64,000 bases of DNA from Octopus vulgaris (taxonomy: Eukaryota), in contig OX597814.1 in assembly GCA_951406725.2 (NCBI GenBank), positions 168,888,001 through 168,952,000 of the forward strand. The letters run 5' to 3'. Both the position numbers and the translations under genes were made by a program. Positions 1-14,622 of this stretch are shown here, piece by piece (within the stretch, counting starts at the first letter, position 1; every line of letters starts with the position of its first letter). The notes below the pieces were generated by a model, which made no database searches, was not told where the DNA came from, and saw only the letters and a list, made by a program, of their open reading frames with translations.

Positions 1-178
1 TGTAAGGAGCATAGGGCCAATTTGTCCTAGATTACTTATGTTTACCAGCTGAGTGGCCTGGAGCAATGTAAAATGAAGTGCTTGACTGAAGAATGCAACA
101 CATCATCCGGTCTAGGAATTGAAAATACAATCTTACGATCCTGAGTCCAACACCCTAACCAATAAGCCATGCACCTCC
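1..178 (-). mobile_element. tRNA-headed SINE 5' part (related to the copy at 15445-15962), degenerate
   Basis: Minus strand begins GGAGGTGCATGGCTTATTGGTTAGGG (A-box-like), followed by TTTCAATTCC (B-box-like); shares CCAGCTGAGTGG(A/C)CTGGAG with 15832-15850. Confidence 0.6.
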
Positions 179-660
179 AAGATGATGATAATGAAACCTG
201 ACTGAAATTGAGATCCTAAAATAACCAATTAAACCTGACTAAAAATAAGTGCTCCTTGGAACCTGTTTTGGCGACAGTAAATCTATAATATGATTTGCAA
301 TTCTCATATTTAGAATTTGACAACTTAGCATGGCTAATAAAGCCAAAGTCAACAAGCATGCTTCAAATAAGCTCTCACCTCACACTCTCACTTCTCTCTT
401 ATATACACATACTAACAACATCTTAAATAATCTCTCCTTATTCATAACGAAGTGTATGAACTTTAAATGCTATCCTAAATATTGTCATGTATTAAATGTA
501 TACAGAACAAAGTTCTGTTCTTGTCGGTGAATTAAATTATGTTATAAAAATGGAAGTGTTCTTCTCATCTATTACTACAATGCTGACAGCCTGCTATTTC
601 TAGTAAGCTGCATTTCTCTATTCAACTTGATATGAAATGATAATAGTTGTCATTCATTAT

Positions 661-1012
661 GTTTTATTTCAGTTATTGGAACCCTTAAGGAGTTTTAGTT
701 GAACAAAGTAACCCCAGTATTAATTTTAAAAACCTGGCACTTATTTTGTCAATCTCTTTTGCTGAACTGTTAAGTTACAGGGATGCAAACAAACCAACAT
801 GGTTGTCAAGCAGTAGTGGGGATAAACACAAAGACACACACACACACACACAACAAGCTTCTTTCAGTTTCTTTTCCCCAAATCCACTCACTAAGCTTTG
901 GTTGATCTGGGGCTATAGTAAAAAAAAACATTTGCCCAAGGTACCATACAGTAGGACTGAACCCAAAATCATGTGGCTGAGAAGCAAACTTCTTACCACA
1001 CAGGTACATGTG
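661..1012 (-). mobile_element. SINE family A, degenerate copy
   Basis: Colinear reverse-complement similarity to 14226-14622 (TTGCCCAAGGT, GACTGAACCC, CTTACCACACAG). Confidence 0.75.
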
Positions 1013-2649
1013 CCTGTCACAAACATGATATCACTTACAAACTCAAAACATACAGGGGACATCATTAAGGACCATAAGCCACTTTACCATATTCCATCTC
1101 AATAATAATAAGTGGGAGAAGTGGGGGAGAAAATAACAAAAAGGAAAAAATTCAAAAGAAGACTCTATTCAATTAAACCATGCTAATTAACAAAACCTAA
1201 AACAGAAGGAGGCTACCATCAGAACGCATCTCTTTCCATTTTGAAAATTTATATCAAAATTATATCAAAATTTAAAATAACAGTAGAGCTTCAGCATTAC
1301 TGCACCTCTGGAGCTGAAACTAGTAAAGGAAATAATAATAGTAAATAAATAAATGAATTAAAGTTTGTACTTTACAACTTCTGCTAGAAGTGAATACCTA
1401 GCAACCTTAACTCTAAATCTGTATCAGTTTACCTTATCAAATGTAATGTTATTTTATTCACACTATTGTTTTACCAAGTAGCTGTGAGATTTTGATGATG
1501 TGATTGTTCATTTTTAGAATAACATTGTAGAGTAGGTGTGAGAGGCCAGATCTGGCCAATTTTAACTTATCATAAAGCAGGTAGAAAATTAGGGCTGGCT
1601 ACGATTAGTTTAAAGCCTAACAGGTTAATGTACTGCTTCCTACTACACTAGCCCATGAGCAACGTTCTCTCTAAGCCGTGTGCTAGTGTACACACACACA
1701 CACACACACTTTACAACTGGTACACAAAGGGAAGCAAAATGTGTACACACAAAGTTTTCAAGATGAACTTGAACTTCTTTTAAATGAAGAAACTTGGGCA
1801 ATGCCAAAAGAGACAAAATTTACACAAAAAATTTCTGCACACATCTACATTAAGAAAATTAGAGGGTGCCCACGAGTCATGATTTCTTTTACCCATTTTC
1901 CATCAGGTCTTGCAAAAAGGGCCACAAGCATTGTTCTTCCTCTTCTGACTGGCCTACAATCCCCTTCTACCAAAAAATAAACTAATCAAATTCTATTCTG
2001 AATAGCAGGACTTAGTAAGACATGATTGTTATCATATAGGATATATAATAATTATATCATAGAAGATTGGTGAGCAGAATATCCTTATACATTGTACTCT
2101 GAGTAGCGAATCTCTAAATCTATATATGGTGTTATTCTTAGACTTGCTTTAAAGTAAGAACCTCGATGTAACATTTATATCATAACTTATCTATTTTTTA
2201 TAATTTATTGAGCTTCTTCATTTTGAGATATTTTCTTTGATTATGAATCACTATGCAAATGACAGAAGCCAGAAGATATAATAATCCTTGAAGTAAAAAA
2301 ACAAACAAAAAAAATCAAAACAATCAAACTTAAAATTATATCCCAACATATTACTCGATATTGCAAACATGAATTACATGTTGGTTTCTTTTTTTTAAAC
2401 GATAGTTTTTTTCTTTTTTTTTCATCTTCTTCCACACAGATTAATAACATGTTCTAAACAATATCACTGCTGCCACTGCTGTCCTCATCAAATAGGGATG
2501 GTGGTGGTGTGATGGTAGTAATAGAAGTAATACTTGAAGAACTTAATTTCTTTTGATTAAGGCACAAGCCTGGCTTTTGTATGTAAACGAAAACAGATAA
2601 CTGAACCACTGATCTAAATAAATAACTGGTACTTTATATAATATATATA

Positions 2650-2701
<52 letters not shown>

Positions 2702-4892
2702 CAATAGAATTGTTGTTCTTGAGCTCCAGGTCAAATCTTGATTAAAGACATAGCTATTGTAATGATTCTTTTTTTTTTTTTCAATGATAAATCTTGATAA
2801 TCATATGCAAGCTTACCTTTTTTAATTTTGTTTTTAAAGATGGTTGGATGAGATTTGAGGGATATCTGACTGCTATTTCTTGCAAATTGAGCAAACACAT
2901 AAAGGTTTCCTCAATGGTTCACATAATATGTGGTAATTTCTGGATATATTTCAAGTCAAGAACGTGAACCACTGCAATATTTCTCTCTCATGGAAAAAAA
3001 AAAAACACTGTAGAAAACTATAGTCATCTATTCTTAGTATTATTTTAACTGTTTACTGCTACCAAAACATTTTCATTAAACATAGTAAGTTATTGGTTAT
3101 AGTGATGATATTTAATGTCAAGAACACAAATAACTAGTCATATTTCTTTCTAGTACAAGTAGAAAATATTATTATCTTACCATAGAATAAAAGAGAAGAG
3201 AAAGAAGGAAAAAAAAAATGCAGTCATAATAAGAACAGCTGGCAGATGTAATGTTGTTGCTATTCCAGTACTAGTTTCATAAGGAGACGCACAAGGCTTA
3301 TTAACTGAAAGGTAGTAGTAATGGGGATGGGGTGGGGGTGGTTGTATGACTTTTGTTCCTATAAGTGACCTTTTAATCTGATTCTTTAACCAGTCGGGAC
3401 ATTATAAATGAAAATGAAACTAAAAATTTGATGTAACATATTGATAAAAAAATTTTCCAATAACATCGCAAAGTAAATATATTTAAAATATGTTTGTTTT
3501 TTTAAAGTTTGTTATTAAAAGAATAGCAGGACAAACACAAGGGGGAAAATCCAATATTAAATCCTTTATTAAATACAACCGCTGACTTAATGGTTCAAAT
3601 ATAACTGGAATAAACTTTGTTTTTCATCCCCAGAGGGTAATCAATAAATACATTAGTAGTGTTAAATGGCTATAATTACCCAACCCACACCATACATTAG
3701 TTTACATCTATAAAAAAATTTCAAATAAAAAATAAAAATACTAATTAAGATATATCTTAATTTTAATTTTTTAATGAAAATAGAATGTATATATTTCTTT
3801 TTTGCAGCTACTAAAGTCTATATTTTATTTCTCTAAAAACTTAATTACTCTAGTAAGTAATTAGTGATAATAGATTGGATCTGAAGTCATGTAGTAGATA
3901 TAGTGATCTATTCTGATATGATAGTGTCACATTTGCTATATAATAAAACACACTACTACAACTTAATTTAATCATTTCTACAGATAATATCAGTTTCACA
4001 TTGTGTGCGTTTGTTCCCCACAACTGCTTGATAACTGGTATTGGTTTGTTTACATCCCTTCCATATCGGTTTGGCAAAAGTGGCTGATAGATTAAATACC
4101 AACGTCAATTTGTTCTAAACCCTTGGAGGCAATGCTCCAGCATGGTTGCAACCCAGTGACTATAAGTAAAAGATAAAAGCAATACACCAAACTGGAACTG
4201 AACTTTGTGGAGAATCTCTGGTGCAATACTGTCACTTTTGAAGTACTTACCAAGTTCCCATATATTTTAGAGTGTTCTTTTTTTTTCTTTTATAATCTTT
4301 TATAATCCGGTGCTTTCTGGATATGAGTACCCTGTCATTTTCTAAGACAATATACCTAGGACTGCATTAACTGTCCTTCTTTGTTTAAAAGGAGTTTTTA
4401 TCTGAAGGCAATTTAGGTGTTATTTCTAGTAGTTCAAGGCTACTTATTCCTTGCAGAGGCTCTGTCATTAGCTAGAAATGGGATTTAATAGAAAAAGAAA
4501 AGGTCTTTTAACTCAATAGAATATCAACTTACACTTAATTAATTAACCAACTTGATAGATGATATATCAAGAATTAGTTAACCGATAAATTCATAATCCT
4601 GTCTAATACTCTTCTATATTTAAATCCTTAATCTGGGAGAGGTTTAAAAAAAACACTTATGTTGAAATGATTTCTTTACAGATTATTTAGTATTACATAA
4701 CAGTACACACACACACACACACACACACAACAACAACAACAAAATACTCGCACACTACATAACTGATAAACAAATATTTATAGCAATTATAAACAAATAT
4801 TTATAGCAAACTGCTTCATAATAGAAAGAAGAAAGTTTCTTTCAGAAAGAAGGAAAATAAGTTTCAGTTACAAAAGATAGAGATTTTTATTC

Positions 4893-5105
4893 TTTTACTT
4901 GTTTTAGTCATTTGACTGCGGCTATGTTGGAGTACCGCCTTAAAGGGTTTGTTTTAGTCAATGAAATTGACCCCAGGACTTATTCTTTGTAAGCCTAGTA
5001 CTTATTATATTGGTCTCTTTTGCTGAACTGCTAAGTTATGGGGATGTAAAAACACCAACATCAGTTATCAAGCCATGGGCAGGGGGACAAACACAGACAC
5101 ACACA
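4893..5105 (-). mobile_element. SINE family A, 3' half
   Basis: TTTTACTTGTTTTAGTCATTTGACTGCGGC...GACTTATTCTTTGTAAGCCTAGTACTTATT matches the family tail in reverse complement. Confidence 0.8.
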
Positions 5106-5289
5106 ATATCTACGATTATATTGTCTTACTCTTTCCAATCCCCAATTCACTTCACAATATATACCCTGTTGGAACTTGAGTTTATAGCTGTTTCCCCCTC
5201 TTTGTCACATCTTCACCGTTTTTCTCTTTCTCCTCCATCTAAAGAAACCATGTCTTGCTGCTGTCTACCCCCAGCCCCCAGTTGAAGGA

Positions 5290-5521
5290 TCTTGTCCTGC
5301 AAGTTACTAGGTGATCTCACTGCTGCTGGTGTCACATAAAAACATCTAGTACACTCGGTAAAATAACTGGTATCTAAATAAAGGGTATCTAGCTATAAAA
5401 ACCAGGCCAAAACAGACAGTAGATTTTGTTGTAGTCTTCTGACTAGCCTCTTCCTGTCAAACTGTCCTGCCCATGCTAGCATGGAAAGCAGACGTTAAAT
5501 AATTGATGATGATGATGATGG
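5290..5521 (+). mobile_element. Older relative of family D (RTE-like tail)
   Basis: Ends CCCATGCTAGCATGGAAAGCAGACGTTAAA plus (GAT)n, as at 23703-23755. Confidence 0.7.
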
Positions 5522-6517
5522 CGAGGAAGATTTAGCTGCTATTATTTGCAAATTGACCAAGTATGTCAAAGTTCTTTGTTGACTTAGTCTGGATGTTTCA
5601 TGGTTAATGTGACAGTCACCTGTATTACTATTTGCCCTACAAAACCAGACATTGGTTGTTTTCGCAAACAATGGACAGATATTACTGCAATGACCTGAAA
5701 ATAGGCTTATTTAGCATGTGAGCCCACGTGCTACACAGTGAGAGAAAGCAAGGCAGATTCAGAAAGAACAGAAATTATTATTAATCAATAGAGATGCTCA
5801 ATTATAACACAAAGGTGTGTGAAAAAGAATATCATGTTTATTCTCTCCACACTTACAAAAGTGCCCAGATAATGTATGTGCATGTGTGTGTGTGTGAGAG
5901 AGAGAAAGAGTGAGTGAGTGAGATTGTGTGTGTGCGTGCATGCCTGAAATAGAGAGAAAGAGTAGAAGAGGGTTCCTATTAAAAATGTTTACACAGAGAT
6001 TTATACCAGCTGGAAAGTACTGAATAGCCAGCCTTCCTAGGCAGTTTAAGCTGATGATATTCCCAGTTATGAGCAAGCTGGAGTGGGGGCAAGGCACAAA
6101 ATTAAACTGGTTGTCTTTTAATATTATTAGTTTGTTCAATATATCAGTTTTCCAGCATTTCTAACGGTTGCATGATATTCTCTCAAGAACCAAACGCAGT
6201 GGGGCTGAAAGCAATGATACACATTCAACTGTTAGTGTGACAGTCATGATGAGTTATTTTGTCTGAGTATCAGTCTCAACAGTAAAGTGTTGTGCACTAT
6301 TCACATCTTAGTACTTGTGCTAGACTGGATATTAGGTTAATCTTTCCATGTCAATATTTGTAATGAGATACAGAATGTAAAGACGAACGAAATGCTGCTA
6401 AGCATTTTACCCGGTGTGCTAACGATTCTGCCAGCTTGCTGCCTTGAATACTACTACTACTACTACTACTACTACTAATAATAATAATAATTTTGGAAAC
6501 AATCAAGGGTTTATTTT

Positions 6518-7153
6518 GGATCTTTTCTGTTTGGGCTTCAATTAATGAAATTTTAAATTTAAGTGCAAATTTTCAGATTTGGTATATTCATGTAATTTTT
6601 CACACTGAACCTGATGTTTGTTATTCCACTTGTTCCAGAAAAGTTTGATAATTTTTACCCAATCAGGAAACGGGATTTTGTGTGTAACAACATTACGATG
6701 ATGAAACATTCAACAGTGGGAGTTGAAATAAGTTTTAATGAATGAAGTCATGCGAATGTAATGTGAAAAAATGCCAACTCCTCCCAAAGAACACCCAACA
6801 TCATAACTGGGGAAGAATATACTAGATTGTAGTAACTCTAAAACTGTGTTCAGCATTAGAATGCTCCTTTTGGTCAAAGACCTGCCTGATTAACCTACTT
6901 TACTCACACACTACATGAGAGCTTGGCTTGTTACTATGGAAACAGGCACTATTATGTCTGTGGGTTTTGATAGGCTAAAATTACTCAAGATTTGCAAACT
7001 TTAAAAGCTATTAAGTTTCTATTTATTAATTTAAGACAAAAATGAATTTCATTTCCATATTTAGCATACAAAACTACATCAATACACCAAATTAGAAATC
7101 AGTTGGAACAAAATCGAAGGAATTGAAAAGTGAAAGACAAACAGGAAAGATCC
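6518..7153. mobile_element. Non-autonomous DNA transposon (MITE) with GGATC-type TIRs
   Basis: TIRs GGATCTTTTCTGTTTG / CAAACAGGAAAGATCC; flanking 8-mers TTTATTTT / TTTATTTG (TSD with one mismatch). Confidence 0.75.
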
Positions 7154-8334
7154 TTTATTTGTAGGAATTTAGTAATGACAAAGTCAGTTATTTAAGTTGA
7201 TGTTATGCAAGAACTTAACATAATGGATTTTATTATATACAAGCTTAAAAGCCACACTCCATGTGGACTTTTAAGCTAGCTCCTGCAGAGAGCTAATTGG
7301 GCCTGTGGCCCCAAACTAAAGAGAACAATAATAATAAAGCATTTATTGGTACCCTACCAACATGATATTACTTTAAATTCATTTTAAATGAAAAAAACTT
7401 GTAAGTTCACAAATTTTTAGAGTTCTTTTAAAATTTGAATTTTCAACTGTTAACATATAACAAATCATCATCCAGACCTGATCTACATGCTGGATAGGCA
7501 GATTTTCAATCCTGAGATCATCCTGATCCCAAAAAGGTATAAAATGTCTATGTAGAGCAAATGTTGACTGAGATACAGGGGGCCCAGATGGGCAGTCAAA
7601 ATTTTACATTTATTATTATAGATAAAAAAAAAAAAAGTTATAATCAAAATACGAACACTTAAAATGAGAAAGTTTGTGCATTAAAACCAAGAGCAGTTAA
7701 GGATGTTATCAGAGCAGGTGGACTGAGAACTGGGGAGGGAGAGGAGAGAGAAAAAGAGAGAAGGTGGGGAGGAGAAACCAAACAAATTAATAATAAAAAG
7801 CATTGTTTAATAGCTTTACTATGTAGTAGTTAAATTCTGTATCATTAGAACTTAGATACAGTTTCATTTTTTGTAAATGTAACTTGAAACTGATAAACTT
7901 TGAACTTGGAACATTAAAGGGGGGAAAAAAGGACTTTATAGCAGTTTTAAGTAACGAGATCAAATGATTTTCTACCCCAAACTGGGAAAGGCATGAAACA
8001 AAAAGAAGGTAATGTACCTGTGCATTGCAAAAACCTCAAGTGCCTTGTGTCTTCGAAAGAAAAAAAATATAAGTAGCCCTTCTGATATGTGGAGTGATAT
8101 TTACTTTGAGTTAACAAGGAAGGGCACAGTGTAAAGAGATAAGCTCAAGTACAGCAACAAAAATATGTCAGAATGGGCCAGTAGTAAATAATAATAATAA
8201 TAATAACAGTGCTCTTGAAGCATGACCAGTAAACAAGTGTCACCTTAGTCTGCTGGCTGTGGACAGCTGACACTTTCTACCATACCCAACAAAATAAGCA
8301 GAGAGTTTTCATCACACAATAATAATAATAATAA

Positions 8335-8550
8335 TTCTTCCTACTACAGGAACAAAGCATGAAATTTTGATGAAGGGAGCTAATTGATTAGATCAACCCT
8401 AGTGCTTGACTAGTACTTATTCTATTTACCTCTAAAGGATGAAAGGCAAAGTCCACCTTGGCAGAATTTGAACACAGAATGTAAAGATGGACAGAATGCC
8501 GTTAAGCATGTTGCCCAGCATGTTAACAATACAGCCAGCTTGCCACCTTG
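8335..8550 (-). mobile_element. SINE family B, degenerate
   Basis: AAGGATGAAAGGCAAAGTC...GAATTTGAAC...GCCAGCTTGCCACCTT matches 62564-62795. Confidence 0.75.
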
Positions 8551-10999
8551 AATAATAAATAATAATAATGACGATGATGCTGATGATATTCTTTATGTTG
8601 GACCCAGCATTTGAGGGGCACTAAACACAATTTGAATATAAATAATCTTTGAAAGTAAAGTGACATTTCATATAATACAGAACCAGTAAGCAAACCTACA
8701 TCTGTGTGAATATGTTATTTGGTTTTATGCAACCATGATTTTAAAAAAAATTCAATCCGAAGTTTATTTTAATTGTCATGTATTAATGTCACATTGAAAA
8801 CTACAAGGTTTATCTTGCTCATATGGTGAACTTCAACCTAGTTGTAAGAAATCTGTCAGATACTTATTTCTATCAGAGGGGTGAAATGAGAAATCACGGG
8901 GAGTTCTTATTTTATTATATATGAGAGAGAGAAAGAGAGAGAGAGAGGGGGGAGGGAGGGAAAGAGAAAGAGAAAGCAGGCATGAAGTGAAAAAGCAGAC
9001 AGTAGAGTTCTTGTTAAATTACATCAGTTCTTTCTGGAAATTATAATGTATCTATTTCTAACGAGTGAGAAGCGAGAAAACAAACACAAGAGGTTTTACT
9101 ACATCACCCCAGTTATGACTTTCATAAACTGATCTTTAATTTAAACCCATTCAAACTTACTTGCAATTCAAACCCATTCCTTAAAGATACCTCTCAGACA
9201 TTCAGAATCCTCTATCAAAGTAAATTTTATTTTCACAACCTATATTTTCCACACAGTTTATGAATATGCTTCTTGAGAGAAACTCCTTGAATTTTTTGTG
9301 AAAAACAAAAAAATTCTTTTCAGCATTTACCAACTTTAACCCTTTAACATTCAAACTAGTTACATCTGGTCTGAATATTCTACCTGTTTTATGTTCAAAC
9401 CAGCTAGATTCGACCTCTTCCACCTGCCCTACAATACCATTCTTAAAATGATTATATCATTGAAATCTCGCAGGTTCAAGATAATGCAAAATAAAGCTTA
9501 TTTTTTTTCTCTAAATACAATTGTAAATACTGTGGAATTTTCAACAGAATGTTTTTTTTTTTTTCTTCAACATTTGAAGTGGAGATTAATTTATTTTGCA
9601 ATTACTTTTATGGCTTCAGCAAGTAGCAATTCTGATTTGGAAAGATTTACACTTGAAGACTTACAAAATGTAGAAGAAAAACAGAGACAATAACAAAAAA
9701 CTTGTCTTTGGATGAATCAGCTATAGATGGTTTTTGGATTTTCTTCTGACAAGGATGCCATTTAAAATATTATGGTGACATAGTCAAACAATACAATGCC
9801 AATACATATCCCCAATTTTATTGAAATCACATAATTAATTGTGTGAATCATTGGCATTTAAGCACCTACTGACAAAATTTTGAATCTACATATAGAATAA
9901 AAAAAATAATAAAAGTTATAAACAAATATTGACAACTCACTTGAACATAATTCAAAACAATATGAATAAATAATATTGTATTTGACAGAGTAATATCTAA
10001 ATACTAAGGGGTCACATCAGTCATGTCTTTTAACTGGAGATGTAACTATTTACTGATTAGCTGAAAGGATGGTGAAGAGAAATAAAAATCTAAAAACCTC
10101 TTGTTACTACTTTGGTTCAATTAAACAGAGATGCCAACATCAAGACAATATTACATAAAATACAACAAAGTATGCTTGGCCCTGGCAAGTAGCCAAGATA
10201 TTAGATCATTATGAGCAAAGTATGAAGTAAAATGTTACCAATTCTCTTGACACAGTAATTGGAGCCTGAAAGGCTTGTAGCTCAAACAATACAATCAACA
10301 GTTTTATCATGTCTAATCAATCATTCGTACAAATGTTATTGAGAATTGATGGATAAAAACATAATGATTTCCAGACTTTATAAATACAATTTAAACGAAT
10401 TTATAAAACTGCCACATTTTGTGGAACATCTTACAAAGGATGATGCTGAGTAGAACAAATATATTTCTATATACATTATCAAAAAGGATGAGAAAATGGT
10501 ATAAAACTAGTAAGCAATTATTCTTTTGAATAAACAGTAAGACGTTTTAGTTAAAAATAAATTTTTAAAAAAATCACTTTTTCTGATGCTAAAAAGTACA
10601 AGATTTGTAAAATCAAAAACAAGTAAGAAAACAATGTCTTTTACTCAGTTTTTGCAAGTCCTTTAGACAGATAATATGATAAAACTGATAAGATCTATTG
10701 GAAAGAGTAAAATGGAAATAAAAATCAACTGAAATTTGGATTGCAATATAAACTAATTGGTTACGGTTGTCAAGCCACTTCAGTCTGTTTTATTAGCAAA
10801 CTGTCTTATTAATGGAGTAAGAAATTCCAGTTAAGATAAATTGATTATGTTTAAAGACCAGCTTCTATTTGACATGACCAAATGAATATATTATTTATAG
10901 TGATTTCATTACTATTAATTAAAGACTAAAATTTGCTTCACTTGAGATGTTTTTAATAACTGATTTCTCTTTTATTTCCACTTGAAACACAGTTTAAGA

Positions 11000-11400
11000 T
11001 ATCATGATCACCATCATGAACTGTTTGAATCCTTGGCAGAACATAAGCTCCCTTATGGCTCTATTCCAATACTAGCATTATTCACTTCCTTCAGGTATCC
11101 TACCTCGCTTCTTTTGAATTTCAGTCCAAGGGCTTTTCCATGTACACCTTGCTATCTGTTGGTTGATTGGTTCCTGTTTGTTCAGCCCAGGGGTCTTTGT
11201 TGCTCACTATTTCTGGATACCTAATGTTAAAGATGTTCAAGAATGCCTGGAGCTTTAAAGATATTTATTTTCATTTGCCTTGATTCAGTGCTATTAACAG
11301 GATAGATTTGATGTTGTTATTGAAAGTTCTCCAGTTAGATATGTCTGGTAAGAACCTTTGTTTCTCAACCAGGATTTAAAATATTGCAAGGCTGACTCAC
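11000..11400 (-). mobile_element. RTE-clade LINE 3' remnant, decayed
   Basis: Minus-strand translation KLQAFLNIFNIRYPEIVSNKDPW...TNQP, then a frameshifted ALDWN-like stretch, resembles the post-RT region of RTE ORFs; ends in a short ATG-type repeat tail near 11005. Confidence 0.55.
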
Positions 11401-14225
11401 ACTCCCAAATCCTACTTCAACCTTTCACAGACATACACTTCTTAGACACTTGAAAAATTTCACTTTGGTTAATGTTAAATTAGAGAAATTACCAAATTGA
11501 ATCTCTTTCTTTTCAACCATAAAACTGTAAATAAGTGATATATCTGAAAGAGCAGTGTTTCTAGTAACAACTATAAAATTATTTACTAATTTAACGAATA
11601 GATCTGGCCTGTTTGTTCAAATTTACAAGGGTTAATCTGGTTCTTTATAATGATTGAACTAGGTATGTACAGTTGTTTGGCACTTTTAGAACTTGAATAA
11701 AAAAAATAACACAGCAATTCTGAATGTGGAAACAAGAATACTTACAGGATATAAGGAAATCTCTCTATATAGTTGTTAGAGTAGCAAGACATAGCAACCA
11801 AATCTCTCTCAAACCACACTATACGTCTTCATAAGGACAAACATATTGGATGATAATGTCCCCAGGTCTAAACATCACCAGTGATTCCTTTTTATTTTAT
11901 TCTCTCCAACCAAGATCAAATTACAATAATGATGCTAACAGGTAAGGCTATGATCATTGCGTACCTATCCTGAACTTTATTAATTAAAAGAAATATTTCA
12001 CCCAGTATTATAAACCTAAAGAGCTAAAGAAAAGTGGAAATTCTTCTTTATTTAATGTACGTTGATACCGTTAGTAACTGAAAAAAAGGTTGTGTTACAA
12101 CATACTATATGAATGGGAATGTGTATTTATATTGCATTTCTGATTTTCATTCATTCATTCATTGTATAACTCAAAAGTCACTCAGCATATGACCTACTTA
12201 TTAACCAGACCTGAGATGCATACTTATTCAAATAATTTGCCAAAATGTCAAGTTTTGGCAGTGAAGGAGGAGGACAAACTATTTTCATTAGTTACTATGA
12301 TAATAACAACAAGAAATACCGTCCAGTACTTTCCAATATAATTAAACAAACTAATCAAATAAATAGTGTAAATAAACAGTACTGGCATCTATTTCTTCTT
12401 GAAGAGTGTAGTGGACAACTTGAATGGAATGAATAATAGTTGCAATAATTAAAAATTTAATAATTAATGAAATGAACAAAAATTTGACCAAGAGACCTCA
12501 ATTAGTCACATTATGGCGGTAAAATGCAAATTTGCCATTATTTCTATATTATGACATCATAGAATTGGACACTATCAGTGCACTGAAAATCTTCAAGAAA
12601 CATATGTTTATATCTTATAGACCATAAATAAAACAAGCCATTGAAAGAGCTTCTATGCAATCACTTAAGCAGCTAGAAATAGCAGTTAAATCTCTCAAAA
12701 TCTAGAGTCATAACTTCATACCTACATTCATTATTAAATTATGATTGCTCAAAGAAATGTGAAGGAGCATGGCTAATCATGATCTCACAAGAAATAAAAG
12801 AAACAAGGGTAAGACACACGTCCATGCAAATATTTTATGCAGTTTTATAGAATTAAAAAATTATGCATGATGTTCAAGTAGAGCAGCCTCTTCATTTGTG
12901 TGTGCGTGTGTGTGAGAGAGAGAGAGAGAGAAAGAAAGAAGGAAAGACAGAAAGAAAGAAAGAGAGAGATAAGAGGTTAAATAGATGCATAAATCTTGAG
13001 AATTAGAGAAAATTTAAAGGATCAGGGAAGACTAAACATCAGAAGAGACAAAAGATGTGTGGAAGAGTAGAAAGTCAGACCCATTTATCATGATGAGAGG
13101 AATAGAGAACATTATTATGATTATCGGTCAGTGATAGGGGTATCTAAGAAGAATCAAATAAGAATCATAATAGAAATTATGAGAGTCAGAAAGATAGTAG
13201 ACATAGCTCCATCATCAAATAGATTTGATTCATTAAAGCAAGACAAGACACCGGAGTTCAATATGTCTATCAATATATGAAAGATGCTAAAATTGGTTAG
13301 AATACAGAATGGATGTACAGGTCAGTGGAGTCAAGAAATTGTCAATCAAAATTTGGTTTGTTAATATCTGAAACAAAAATGTTACAAAAACATTCACACA
13401 AGTAAGAAGAAGAAGAAGAAGAAAGGAGACTGGCCATCTCATCAGTTAAAATGTTCTGGGAATAATTATCTCAAAACTAATATTTCAATGAGGTTAATAG
13501 AATTAAAGACTGCAGTGAATGTAATTGGTAAAGAAAGGCTTCCTTTGGAATAATGGTTTGATTAAAGAAAACAAAGAAACCAAGAGTATCATTCCCAGTG
13601 AGACAAATAATAATACAGTAATAGCTTAGATGAACAAGATAAATACAGTGCCGAGTAGCAAAAGTGGTTGGTTATAAGGAAATAATTTAGCGTAACAGAA
13701 AGAAAATAAAACTCATGTGTGTGCACACACACACATTAGATTGTGCGTGAGTGAGTGTGTACGTGTTTGTGCATATCTATAACACATTACAACCACTATC
13801 CTATTGATATGTCTTCTACTGTTTCTACAACATTTTCGGCTCTTCTGCTCTCGGTTGTATATCAGCCAGCCCACCATGTTCAAAGCAACCGAGAAGCATC
13901 TGCCTTTCCCCCTACTTGTAAATCCCAGCTGTGCCTAATTTTTCACATTTCATAATAAACACCTGCCTAATCCTTCCTTCCCATAGAAACTGCAATTGTT
14001 AACACCCTTGCCGTCTCTTATGCGTACTCCTTCCCTTCACACAGGCACATACGTACATTGGAGTCTATATGCTTCTATTATAAAGTGTACCATTAGTATT
14101 TCTGTATAGCAATACAGGAGAAATACAACAGATGCATACACACACACACACACAGACTACACAAAGTTATCAATCAAAGGAATCATAAAATGTAAAGAAA
14201 AGTAGACACACAATGTGTTAATATA

Positions 14226-14622
14226 CAGGAGTGGCTGTGTGGTAAGTAGCTTGTTTACCAACCACATGGTTCCGGGTTCAGTCCCACTGTGTGGCACCTT
14301 GGGCAAGTGTCTTCTACTATAGCCTCGGGCCGACCAAAGCCTTGTGAGTGGATTTGGAAGATGGAAACTGAAAGAAGCCCATCGTATATATGTATATATA
14401 TATGTATGTGCGTGTATGTTTGTGTGTCTGTGTTTGTCCCCCTAGCATTGCTTGACAACTGATGCTGGTGTGTTTATGTCCCCGTCACTTAGCGGTTCGG
14501 CAAAAGAGACCGATAGAATAAGTACTGGGCTTACAAAGAATAAGTCCCGAGGCCGAGTTGCTCGATTAAAGGCAGTGCTCCAGCATGGCCGCAGTCAAAA
14601 TGACTGAAACAAGTAAAAAGAG
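14226..14622 (+). mobile_element. SINE family A, near full length (tRNA-derived head, internal (TA)/(TG) tract)
   Basis: A-box-like TGGCTGTGTGG, B-box-like GGTTCAGTCCC, CORE-like ACCTTGGGCAAGT, tail GACTGAAACAAGTAAAA; well over a dozen homologous copies or fragments in the window. Confidence 0.9.

Noticed and set aside
13050-13650. Possible decayed LINE endonuclease on the minus strand
   Set aside because: Could not read convincing APE motifs in order.
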